Source: an uncultured Erysipelotrichaceae bacterium (GTDB lineage: Bacteria > Bacillota_I > Bacilli_A > Erysipelotrichales > Coprobacillaceae). From it: a DNA stretch of 52,853 nt. Made by a program: the position numbers and the translations under genes. This document shows positions 1-9,296 of the stretch, piece after piece. The notes beneath the pieces are model-generated. The model was not told where the DNA came from and did not search any database. It saw only the letters and a program-made list of their open reading frames with translations. Each line of letters opens with the position of its first letter. The first letter of the stretch is position 1. The stretch covers positions 1 to 52,853 of the forward strand of contig URQL01000001.1 in the NCBI GenBank assembly GCA_900550005.1. Direction: 5' to 3'.

Positions 1-256
1 AAAAGCCTGTAAAATAAGGAAAGTTCAGGAAATCTCTCCACAAATTCCGATTTGTCTCTTTTTAAGAGATTATACATCAACAAATATTATTGTAAAGCAT
101 TAAACCACATTTTCTGCACTTTTCACTATTTCAAACGTAATATAAATTGATTCTTATAAATTATAACACATATTGAATATATTTTTCTCCTTACTATAGC
201 TCAATTATGCCATATTAAATTCATATATCCTTTATAATAGATGAAACTTGATTATA

Positions 257-2254
257 TTATTTTTTATATTGAATAATCGCAATATCTTTGCTTGGTAATT
301 CAAAATTTTGAAGCATTTGATTTTTTAAAAGATGATAACCAGCTTGTTTTAAAGAAATAGATACAGACTCTTCTAAATGATTTAAAATGAAATAATATTC
401 ATAAACATCATTTTCTCTTTTCGTTACTTCAACACCTTGAGGAACATCTAAAAGGGGATGAATATTTAAATCATTACAAATCGTTTTTAAATACTCTTGA
501 TAGAAATCTTCATTACTACGTGTTGCAATATAATAAGCAGTTCCTTTTCCATATTGATTTTTTGTTAAGACTGGCATACCTTGGTAAAAATCATCTTGGT
601 AGACAGACAATGAAGTTGCTCCTTGAAGATGAAGCAAATCACAAGCAATATGACATGGATAAGTCTTATTATGATAAATAAAATGATTTTCTTTATCTTT
701 AGGTAAAGCATCAATTTCTTCTACCCAAATTCCTAATACATCACTCAATTTTCCAGGATATGCCCCTTGTACTAAATCATTTTCGTTAACATAACCACTA
801 AAATAAGTTATTATAAAGGTTCCACCATGTTGTGCAAAATCATTTATTTTTTGATCTACACCAGTTTTAACCATATAAAGCATTGGCGCAATCAGTAAAT
901 CATAATTTTCAAAATCATCTTGATCACTTATTAAATCAACAGGAATATTATTTGTATAGAAGAAACGGTAATATGCTTCCACTTCTTCTTTATAATTGAT
1001 TAAACAACTTGGTCCTGCACTTAAACTGGTCACCCACCAATTATCCCAATCAAAAATAATAGCGACTTTTGAATGGATACGTGTATTTAAAATGGATTTT
1101 TTTAAATCAATAAGTTCATTTCCTAATGCTTCCATTTCTCTAAAGACACGCGTATTTTCATGTCCCGCATGATCAATTAAAGCGCCATGATATTTTTCAC
1201 AAGCACCGATACTTCTTCGCATTTGAAAAAAGAGTACAGTATCGCTACCATGTCCTAGAGCTTGATAAGACCATAAACGCATCACTCCTGGTCTTTTTAA
1301 AGCACAATAGGGGTGCCAATTGCTCACACTAGGTGTTTGTTCCATTAACCAAAAAGGTTGTCCCTGTTTTAATCCACGCATCAAGTCATGATTAAAAGCA
1401 CTTTGATAAGGTAAAGCATCATAAGTAGGATAATTATCCCAAGAAATAAAATCTAGATAAGGTGCCCATTTTTGATAATCTAAATGCTTATATGCTCCCA
1501 TAAAGTTTGTCGTAATTGGAATATGAGGCGTGATTTGTTTGATCACTTCATATTCCTCTCTATAGCAAGTCAATAGATTATCACTATTAAAGCGACGATA
1601 ATCTAATGAAATTCCTTGAAAATTTGTACTTACTTCTTCACGCATGAATTCTTCTGAACGAAAATCAGGTAAAACAATATCTTCAAAATCATAAAATGTA
1701 TGTGACCAGAAAGAAGTATTCCAAGCAATATTTACATTTTCAATAGTTTGATATTTCTTTTTTAACCAAAGTCTAAACTGATCTTGACAAAGATCACAAT
1801 GGCATTCTCCCCCATATTCATTCGATATATGCCAAGCAATGATATTTTTAACGTCTTTATAGCGTAAGGCGATCCTTCTAGCAAGTTCTTTGGAATAATA
1901 GCGATAAGTTGGACTACTTGGACAAGAATTGTGACGCCCACCAAACTTACGTTTTATTCCATACGCATCTACGCGTAAAATATCCGGATGCTTTCTTGCC
2001 ATCCATGCTGGATGAGCTGAAGTCGAAGTCGCTAAAATAATATTAAGGTTATTTTTTACACACAAATCAATAATTTGATCAAGTTTACTAAAATCATACG
2101 TATCTTCATCTTTTTGCAACATCGCCCAATTGAAAACATTCACTGTGACCGTATCGACATGGGCTAATTTAAATAAACGCATATCTTCTTGCCAAGTTTC
2201 TTCATCCCATTGTTCAGGGTTATAATCCCCACCAAATAAAATCTTATTCATCAT
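257..2254 (-). CDS. Beta-galactosidase, glycoside hydrolase family 42
   Basis: N-terminal GGDYNPEQW, WHISNEY acid/base motif, LMEQTP nucleophile region, C-terminal trimerisation domain; AAGGAG RBS upstream. Confidence 0.95.
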   Translation of the reverse strand: MMNKILFGGDYNPEQWDEETWQEDMRLFKLAHVDTVTVNVFNWAMLQKDEDTYDFSKLDQIIDLCVKNNLNIILATSTSAHPAWMARKHPDILRVDAYGIKRKFGGRHNSCPSSPTYRYYSKELARRIALRYKDVKNIIAWHISNEYGGECHCDLCQDQFRLWLKKKYQTIENVNIAWNTSFWSHTFYDFEDIVLPDFRSEEFMREEVSTNFQGISLDYRRFNSDNLLTCYREEYEVIKQITPHIPITTNFMGAYKHLDYQKWAPYLDFISWDNYPTYDALPYQSAFNHDLMRGLKQGQPFWLMEQTPSVSNWHPYCALKRPGVMRLWSYQALGHGSDTVLFFQMRRSIGACEKYHGALIDHAGHENTRVFREMEALGNELIDLKKSILNTRIHSKVAIIFDWDNWWVTSLSAGPSCLINYKEEVEAYYRFFYTNNIPVDLISDQDDFENYDLLIAPMLYMVKTGVDQKINDFAQHGGTFIITYFSGYVNENDLVQGAYPGKLSDVLGIWVEEIDALPKDKENHFIYHNKTYPCHIACDLLHLQGATSLSVYQDDFYQGMPVLTKNQYGKGTAYYIATRSNEDFYQEYLKTICNDLNIHPLLDVPQGVEVTKRENDVYEYYFILNHLEESVSISLKQAGYHLLKNQMLQNFELPSKDIAIIQYKK

Positions 2255-3282
2255 TTTCTCCTTTTAAATAATCCTATTTTTTTAGATACCATCTTTCCGT
2301 TTTTATCATAGATACCAAAATGAAGTCCTTTATAATTCCATAAAGCATGTCCGATAAGATATTCATCCATTATTTTCTTGCAATCTCCCATCCATCGAAT
2401 CGCATCATCATCTTCAACTTGATCAATAATGCCCTATTCTCCACAATAAAGTTGTTTCCCACTGTATTTAATAAAATCAATGGCTCCTTTAAAATAATTT
2501 TTTAGTTGTTCATAATTATTATCTAATTGAATATAACTGTACTTATCGCTCTACTCAGGATAGTTTTGAATATGGTTTAATATACCTGCCATATTTCCCG
2601 GGTAATGGACAGGTTTACCATATGTAGCCATTTCTTCACTAAACGATGCATTTTGATGTGTAAAGGCAATTGGTTCATAAAAATGTAAATTATAAAAAAC
2701 ATAAGGATCTTCTACTAAGTCCAATTCTTTTAAAGTAAACACACTATTTTGTAAATTACTTCCTACTAACAAATAACGTTCTTGATCGATTTTGCGAATT
2801 TCTTGAATCGTTTCTTTATAAAGTTGATTCCATAAATAACCTGTTGAATCAACGATTTCATTAAATAATTCAAGCATAATTTGTGGCTCTTTCACTTCTT
2901 TAAAATGTTTTGTTAAAGAAACCCAAATGGCAATAAAACGTTGTTTTGCTTCTTCATCTTGCAACAAAATTAAAACTGAGTTTCCTTCTTTACATTCATT
3001 GCCATAAGCTTCATGTAAATCGAAAATTAAATTTAGATGGTATTTTTTTGCGTATTCGACACTTTTTTCTAGATAAGGGTAGGCTTCTTTATTTTCTAAT
3101 AAAGTATAATCAATCGGTATACGTACATGGTCAAATCCAACTTTAGCGATCCAAGCAAAATCTTTTTCTTGTATGTAATGTTTGATCCAATGTCTTCTTT
3201 CTTGATCATTACTTACATAATAATTAAATTGAGATAACCACCCACCAAAGTTAATTCCATTTTTATATTCATCATACAACAT
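2251..3282 (-). pseudogene. GH5 endoglucanase/cellulase (CelC-like) interrupted by two in-frame TAG codons
   Basis: GINFGGWLSQ, GFDHVRIP, ELFNE, HFYEP motifs. The frame continues past TAG 2551-2553 (YPE*SDKY) and TAG 2434-2436 (LYCGE*GII) through GHALWNYKG to TGA at 2251-2253, overlapping the GH42 ATG; 343 codons before the final stop. Confidence 0.88.
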
Positions 3283-3364
3283 CTCTCAATCACCTCTTGA
3301 CTTCATTATAACCCCTTTCACTAAAATCAACTCGTCATTTTTTGAAGAAAAAAACTAGGTTTCC

Positions 3365-5002
3365 CTAGTCTTTGATCATTACAAATTGGAATGGTTGTAG
3401 AATTCCATCAGTGTAATCTTCATAGTTATTTAATAATACATTTCCTGTTACTTTTTCAATAGATTGTGGATCATGTGAGAAATTGCAAAGACAAGTAATC
3501 GTTTCACCGTTGTAAATACGTTTATAAGCAATCACATCATCTTGATAATTTTCTAATCCTTCAAAATCTCCATAAACTAAAGTATCTTCTTGCTTTCTAA
3601 CAGTAATCATACGTTTATAAAAAGAATAAACGGATTTTGGATCATGGATTTGATTTTCAACATTAAATTGATCTTGATTTCCTGCCATTAAAATCCAAGG
3701 TTTAGTATCACTAAATCCAGCATACTCACTGTTATCCCATTGCATTGGTGTACGGGTATTATCACGACTACGTAAATTTAAGAAATGTAAAGCTTCTTCT
3801 TTCGTATAGCCTTCTTCAATAGCACGTTCATATTGTCCTCGACTACCAATATCATCAAATTGTTCAATACTTGTACGTTTAAAGTTTTCCATACCAATTT
3901 CTTCACCTTGATAGATGAATGGTGTTCCTCTTAAATTAAAGAACATTCCTGCAATCATAGTTTTAGAATAATAATTACGATCAGCTGGATCTAAAATCAA
4001 TTTATCAATGGAACGTGGTTGATCATGATTTTCTAAGAAACTAGCGATCCATCCTAATTTTTGCACTTCTTTTTGGCTTGTGAAAACTAAATCACGGTAT
4101 TGTTTAACAGTCCAATCATTACGTTTAAACCATTCTTCGTCTTCACTAATATCAAAATTTGAATAGTTAAAATCAAACATCATTGAAAAGCATCCTTGTT
4201 CACCAATAAAGATACCTAAATCTTTGTATTGTACCCCTACAGCTTCGGCAACAGTCATACAGTTATGTTTTGCAAATGTTTCTGCTTTTAACTCTTTAAA
4301 GAATTCTTCAATCCCTGGTTGATTTCTTGCATAAGCAAAACATGAACTTAGTCCATCTTGTCCATCGACAAGTCCATTTTGATAACGTTGATCTTTTTTA
4401 ATGAAGTTAATGGCATCGACTCTAAATCCAGCGATTCCTTTATCTAACCACCAGTTGATCATTTTATAGATTTCTTGTCTTAACTCAGGATTTTCCCAAT
4501 TTAAATCAGGTTGTTTTTTAGAAAAAGCATGGAAATAATATTCATCTCTTCCTGGCACTTTTTCCCATACAGAACCACCAAAAACAGAACGCCAATTTGT
4601 TGGTTCTTTTCCATTTACAGGTTCTTTAAAAATATAATAATCATGGTATTTACTTGTTGGATCTGCTAGAGCTTGTTTAAACCAAGCATGTTCATCTGAA
4701 CTATGGTTCACAACTAAATCCATGATAATTTTAATTCCTTTTTCTTTTGCCTTAGCGATTAATTCATCTACATCAGCCATTGTCCCAAATTCTGGATTAA
4801 TATCATAATAATCTGAGATATCATAACCGTTATCATCCATTGGTGACTTATAAATTGGACATAGCCATAATAATGTGACTCCTAAATCTTCAAAGTAATC
4901 TAATTTTTCAATAATTCCTCGAATATCTCCAATTCCATCGTGGTTACTATCTTTAAAACTCTTTGGATAAATTTGATAAGCTATTTCTTTTTTCCACCAC
5001 AT
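3365..5002 (-). CDS. GH13 alpha-glucosidase / oligo-1,6-glucosidase
   Basis: YQIYPKSF, DNGYDISDY, DLVVNH, QPDLN, GFRVDAI, ENHDQPR, YQGEEIGM, RDNTRTPMQW. Confidence 0.95.
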   Translation of the reverse strand: MWWKKEIAYQIYPKSFKDSNHDGIGDIRGIIEKLDYFEDLGVTLLWLCPIYKSPMDDNGYDISDYYDINPEFGTMADVDELIAKAKEKGIKIIMDLVVNHSSDEHAWFKQALADPTSKYHDYYIFKEPVNGKEPTNWRSVFGGSVWEKVPGRDEYYFHAFSKKQPDLNWENPELRQEIYKMINWWLDKGIAGFRVDAINFIKKDQRYQNGLVDGQDGLSSCFAYARNQPGIEEFFKELKAETFAKHNCMTVAEAVGVQYKDLGIFIGEQGCFSMMFDFNYSNFDISEDEEWFKRNDWTVKQYRDLVFTSQKEVQKLGWIASFLENHDQPRSIDKLILDPADRNYYSKTMIAGMFFNLRGTPFIYQGEEIGMENFKRTSIEQFDDIGSRGQYERAIEEGYTKEEALHFLNLRSRDNTRTPMQWDNSEYAGFSDTKPWILMAGNQDQFNVENQIHDPKSVYSFYKRMITVRKQEDTLVYGDFEGLENYQDDVIAYKRIYNGETITCLCNFSHDPQSIEKVTGNVLLNNYEDYTDGILQPFQFVMIKD

Positions 5003-5100
5003 AAAAAAAATCCTCCCTTACTAAAATCATTATACACTTATTTTTAAGCAAAGAAGAAACTTTTTCAAATTATTAAATTATAAATTTTTAGCATACATTT

Positions 5101-5405
5101 GTGCTAACAAACCTCTATGTATTCTGCGAACCTTATTGTAATTTTCTTTAACTGGCTCTTCATTGTCTAAGAAACTTGTTCCACTTGTATAACTTTCCTC
5201 AGTTAGAATATGAGTCCTACATTTTGAACTTTATATTGCATCATTTCAATGAATCTACTATGCAAAATCTCAACAAAGGATTGATTTACACTCTTACTCA
5301 TAGAGGATCTTTGTTTCCATTCTTTATTGTTTCCAATCACGATCGTATTGAAATGATTAGTAAGAGCATAGTCTATAAGATATTTACTTGCTTTATGCAT
5401 ATAAT
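5101..5405 (-). pseudogene. tnpB: tnpB (IS200/IS605/IS607 accessory nuclease) remnant
   Basis: HKASKYLIDYA..TIVIGNNKEWKQ..NQSFVEI..YK then, after a frameshift near 5205, LTEESYTSGTSFLD..RRIHRGL, typical of the TnpB C-terminal half; N-terminus and final NAD motif absent. Confidence 0.85.
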
Positions 5406-5504
5406 CATCTATCTTATAATAAAACTTATTTTTAAAAGAGGACTATCGATTTCCAAAATTAATAAATCATGGTATAATGCAAAAAAAGATACGAAGGTGG
5501 AAAA

Positions 5505-6293
5505 ATGATTGATGGACATACCCATTTAGAATATGGTCCTCTAACAAAAGACTATGTTTTAAAATTTGTTGAAGAGGCGAAAATAAAAGGAATTAAAACT
5601 TTACATATACTAGATCACACGCATCGCTTTATTGAATTTGAACCTATGTATGAAGATCTAAAAAAGATACCTGAACAAAAAGCTTGGTTAGATAATAAAG
5701 AAAAGAAATTTAGAGATCATTTAGATGACTTTATTAACTTAATGCAAGAAATAAAAAAAGAAGATTTACCAATAGAAATCAAATATGGCTTAGAAGTTTG
5801 TTATACTAAAGAAAGTGAAGCATTTTTAAGAGATATCCTATCTAAATATCCATTTGATTTCTTAATTGGTTCTATTCATTCGATTGATGGTATTTTATAT
5901 GATATGCCTTTTTCTAAAGAACTTTTATTTGATCAAATTCCAATCGATACAATTTATAAACGTTACTATGAATTACAATTTGATTTGATTAAATCCGACT
6001 TATTTACGCAAATTGGTCACCCTGATCAAATCAAATTACAAAAACTCTACCCAAGTTATGATCTTACTCCAACTTATACGACTTTAGCGAATTTATTAAA
6101 TGAGCATCATATGTTATGTGAAAATAATACCGGTATCCATTATCGTTATCATCATCCTGATATCGGTTTATCAAATCCTTTCTTACAAGTAATGAAAGAT
6201 CATCATGTTTCAATGATCACTTCAAGTGATGCTCATCATCCTGAGGATGTCGGTTGTGAAATTAATTTAATCTGTGAAAAAACAATGCGTTAA
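5505..6293 (+). CDS. PHP-domain phosphoesterase, histidinol-phosphatase HisJ/HisK family
   Basis: DGHTH, LDH, GLEV, IGSIH, GHPD, SDAHH metal-binding motifs. Confidence 0.85.
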   Translation: MIDGHTHLEYGPLTKDYVLKFVEEAKIKGIKTLHILDHTHRFIEFEPMYEDLKKIPEQKAWLDNKEKKFRDHLDDFINLMQEIKKEDLPIEIKYGLEVCYTKESEAFLRDILSKYPFDFLIGSIHSIDGILYDMPFSKELLFDQIPIDTIYKRYYELQFDLIKSDLFTQIGHPDQIKLQKLYPSYDLTPTYTTLANLLNEHHMLCENNTGIHYRYHHPDIGLSNPFLQVMKDHHVSMITSSDAHHPEDVGCEINLICEKTMR

Positions 6294-6308
6294 CTCGCAT
6301 TGTTTTTT
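6277..6308. terminator. Bidirectional intrinsic terminator
   Basis: AAAAAACAATGCG-ttaact-CGCATTGTTTTTT between convergent genes. Confidence 0.75.
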
Positions 6309-6384
6309 GTTTAGATTCAAATGAAGTCGACCGTATTTGAATACGGTTGTTTTTTCATCCCAAAAAAGACCACAATGTGATCTC

Positions 6385-7029
6385 TTAATCCTTTTTTTTA
6401 TGGTGAAAACAAATAATGCATATTAAACTAATCACAAAAAGTCCCATCCATAATCCATAATTTAAATAATCTCCTGTATCTACTTTATTTGTATCTTTTT
6501 CATACAGTAATGCAAACGAACTATCTTCTTTCTTTTTGAATTTAGGTTCACAAATAATTGAATGAGTTTGGTAATTATCACTTAATAAAGGTATGCTTAT
6601 AATAAAAGGATCCATATAATAATCTAATTGATTATTATATTCATAAATAAGATACATTCCATCATCTAATCCTTCAAATTCTACTATTCCTTCTTGATTA
6701 GTGGTTGAAACTTGATCATAAGAAATACCATTTTTATCAATATAATTTACCAATCTTTTCGCAAGAGAATTGTAGTCTGATGATGTCATACTATTTTGTA
6801 ATATAATCTGTGACTTAAATGAATCAATTACTTCATAAGTCATCCCATTAAAATCTGCTATTTTAACTAATTTTAAATCATCACCCGCTATAAAAATATT
6901 TTCATTTTGTTCATTTGTATAATGAGCTTTTACTGTAATACTATTTTCTTGTTCTAAAGCTATAACTTTATAAGGAAAGCAAAGGAAAAGAACTAAAATT
7001 AAGATTAATTTTTTATATAACTTATTCAT
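6385..7029 (-). CDS. Minor (basal/ancillary) pilin with sortase sorting signal
   Basis: Signal peptide, TTNQEGIVEFEGLDDGMYLI prealbumin-like fold, EPKF pilin-like lysine, VDTGD + TM + basic tail; last gene of the sortase operon. Confidence 0.75.
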   Translation of the reverse strand: MNKLYKKLILILVLFLCFPYKVIALEQENSITVKAHYTNEQNENIFIAGDDLKLVKIADFNGMTYEVIDSFKSQIILQNSMTSSDYNSLAKRLVNYIDKNGISYDQVSTTNQEGIVEFEGLDDGMYLIYEYNNQLDYYMDPFIISIPLLSDNYQTHSIICEPKFKKKEDSSFALLYEKDTNKVDTGDYLNYGLWMGLFVISLICIICFHHKKKD

Positions 7030-7853
7030 TTCCTTTCCCCCTTTTTTAATTTTAAAATTCCAATTAACACAATCAAGAAAGCAATTAACGCAATCTTCAC
7101 TTCAAATGGTAAATCTAATTTTGTTTTTACTTCATTTGGTGCTTCTTTTATCGCTTCACTATAATCAATTCGTTTACCTCGAACTAATAAACGATGCGTA
7201 TTTACTGAATAAGGAGTACATGTTACCAAAGTAACATAATCCTCTCCTTCTACAATTTGGATATCATCCATTTCATTTGGTAAAACCGTCTTGATTTGAT
7301 CTACCTGATAAGCTAAAATTTCATTTAGAACAGTAATGTAAAATATATCTCCTTTTGTCATTTGATCTAAATCAGTAAATAATTTAGAACTTGGTAAACC
7401 TCGGTGACCTGAAAGTACACAATGTGTACTTTCACCACCAATTGGTAAGGATGATCCTTCTAAGTGACCTACCCCTTTTTGTAAAACACCATTATCCGTA
7501 CCATGATAAATCCCTAATTTAATATCTAACTTTGGTATTTGGATATACCCCATCATTCCTGATGACATAAATGAAAGTTGTTGTAAATAAGTGTTATTTT
7601 CTTGTCCTTCATTACTAAAAGGATCAAAGACTTGTGATGAACCAACTAAAGATTGGTTGTACTGTCTTGCTTTTTCTAATAAATCCTTTTTTGTTTGTTC
7701 ATCAATCCCTTTAACTTCTTCATCATAAGATTGCACTGCACTTGATGTATGAAGTTTTCCTACATAATCACTAATACTCGGATAAAGCAACACACCTAAG
7801 AAAAATAACAACATCAACCCTCTTACAAAGTTAAATACTTTTTGTCGTTTCAT
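7026..7853 (-). CDS. srtC: Class C (pilus-polymerising) sortase
   Basis: DPF lid, GHLEGSSLPIGG, SGHRG, TLVTCTPYSVNTHRLLVRG, N- and C-terminal TM segments. Confidence 0.95.
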   Translation of the reverse strand: MKRQKVFNFVRGLMLLFFLGVLLYPSISDYVGKLHTSSAVQSYDEEVKGIDEQTKKDLLEKARQYNQSLVGSSQVFDPFSNEGQENNTYLQQLSFMSSGMMGYIQIPKLDIKLGIYHGTDNGVLQKGVGHLEGSSLPIGGESTHCVLSGHRGLPSSKLFTDLDQMTKGDIFYITVLNEILAYQVDQIKTVLPNEMDDIQIVEGEDYVTLVTCTPYSVNTHRLLVRGKRIDYSEAIKEAPNEVKTKLDLPFEVKIALIAFLIVLIGILKLKKGERK

Positions 7854-7859
7854 TGTTAT

Positions 7860-9296
7860 CTATTTAGCTTTTTTCTTTTTACTATCAAAAACATAACTTG
7901 ATAATACAATAAATAATCCAGCAGCACCTACTACTGTAAAAATAACAGTACCCATACCACCTGTTTCTGGTAACCATGATTCTGTGCTATTTTCTACTTT
8001 AACAGTTTCTGTTACAGATACGGCGGTATCTGTTGTAATTTGAACTGATTGAGGAGCTTTTAATTTAGCGTATCCATCTGGTGCTTTTGTTTCATCAATA
8101 ACATAAGTATCAGCGTCTAATCCTTTAATAGTAATTTTACCACCAACTGGTGAAACGACTGTAATTGTTGTTGTTTGATCATCAGCAGTTGCAACACGAT
8201 AAGTACCACTACCTTCATCAACAAATTTAACTAAATTAGCATCTTGTTTTTCTGTTCTATAAATACTAAATTCAGCCCCTGCTAGTCCTGTTTCAGTGTC
8301 TTTAATAACCTTATTAATAACCAATTTATGTGTAACAACAGTTGCACTATCAGGTGTTCCCTTAGTTAGGTTATCAGGATTATTACCATATTCAACATTA
8401 GCAGTATTGGTTGTTTGATCTACATTCACTGCATTTTTATTAATTGTTGCAGTATATGTAAAAATCATTTCTTTATCAGCATCTGCTTTGTGATTAGTAT
8501 AAAAATCTTTGAATTGAACTTTAAAACTATTATTTGAAGTATCTTCAGTTAGAGTATATTCACTACCATTAACTTCTGTACCATCAATAGTAACTTTAAA
8601 ACTGTCTTTATTAAAAGTTAAACCTGAAGTCATTGTATCAGTGAAATTAAAATAATATTCTGTATATCCTGTCATGTTTGGAACCATTGAAGTAACTTTA
8701 AAGTTTACTGTATCACCAACTTGGGCTGAATCCCATTCATTATTATTAACAGTTTTTACTACATCAGGTGTTTTTCCTTTTAAATAAACATCTATTTTAT
8801 CACTATGCAAAGTTGTAAACATAGGTGAATAAGTATTAGAAGCATCAGTTGGAATTACTGCATAATATCCATATCCTAATCCACTAGCTTCTAATGTCTT
8901 ATTTTCAGATAAATTTGTACCATTCAAAGTTGTAGAAGTAATTCCTGTAGGATTTGTAGTGATGTAGTTTTTTAAATTTGTTTGAAATTCTCCTTTAGAT
9001 ACATTATTTTTTAAATAATTATATGCTTTTTCATCTGTTGTATCTCCAACACTCCCTGATAATAATGTATCATTAAAAAAATTTGTAAATTGACTATTGA
9101 TTGTATAGTTTACATTATCACCAGATACTGTAGCATCCATGATTTTATAAATATCAAATGTAACACCTGATACATTCAATTTTCCTGTATGTAAAGTAAT
9201 TGTTCCCGTTGATGTTGCTGCAAAAATTGGTGCATTCATAGTGAAAGCCATCACCAATGCAACAATCACTGCTAATATTTTTTTAATTATTTTCAT
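7860..9296 (-). CDS. Backbone pilin, SpaH/EbpC-type with isopeptide D2 domain
   Basis: Signal peptide, FTDTMTSGLTF and YGNN of the D2 domain, E-box ETKAPDGY, LPETGG + TM + KKKAK. Confidence 0.9.
   Translation of the reverse strand: MKIIKKILAVIVALVMAFTMNAPIFAATSTGTITLHTGKLNVSGVTFDIYKIMDATVSGDNVNYTINSQFTNFFNDTLLSGSVGDTTDEKAYNYLKNNVSKGEFQTNLKNYITTNPTGITSTTLNGTNLSENKTLEASGLGYGYYAVIPTDASNTYSPMFTTLHSDKIDVYLKGKTPDVVKTVNNNEWDSAQVGDTVNFKVTSMVPNMTGYTEYYFNFTDTMTSGLTFNKDSFKVTIDGTEVNGSEYTLTEDTSNNSFKVQFKDFYTNHKADADKEMIFTYTATINKNAVNVDQTTNTANVEYGNNPDNLTKGTPDSATVVTHKLVINKVIKDTETGLAGAEFSIYRTEKQDANLVKFVDEGSGTYRVATADDQTTTITVVSPVGGKITIKGLDADTYVIDETKAPDGYAKLKAPQSVQITTDTAVSVTETVKVENSTESWLPETGGMGTVIFTVVGAAGLFIVLSSYVFDSKKKKAK

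Noticed and set aside
5176..5508. 110-aa plus-strand ORF
   Set aside because: Antisense shadow of the tnpB remnant; no RBS or recognisable motif.
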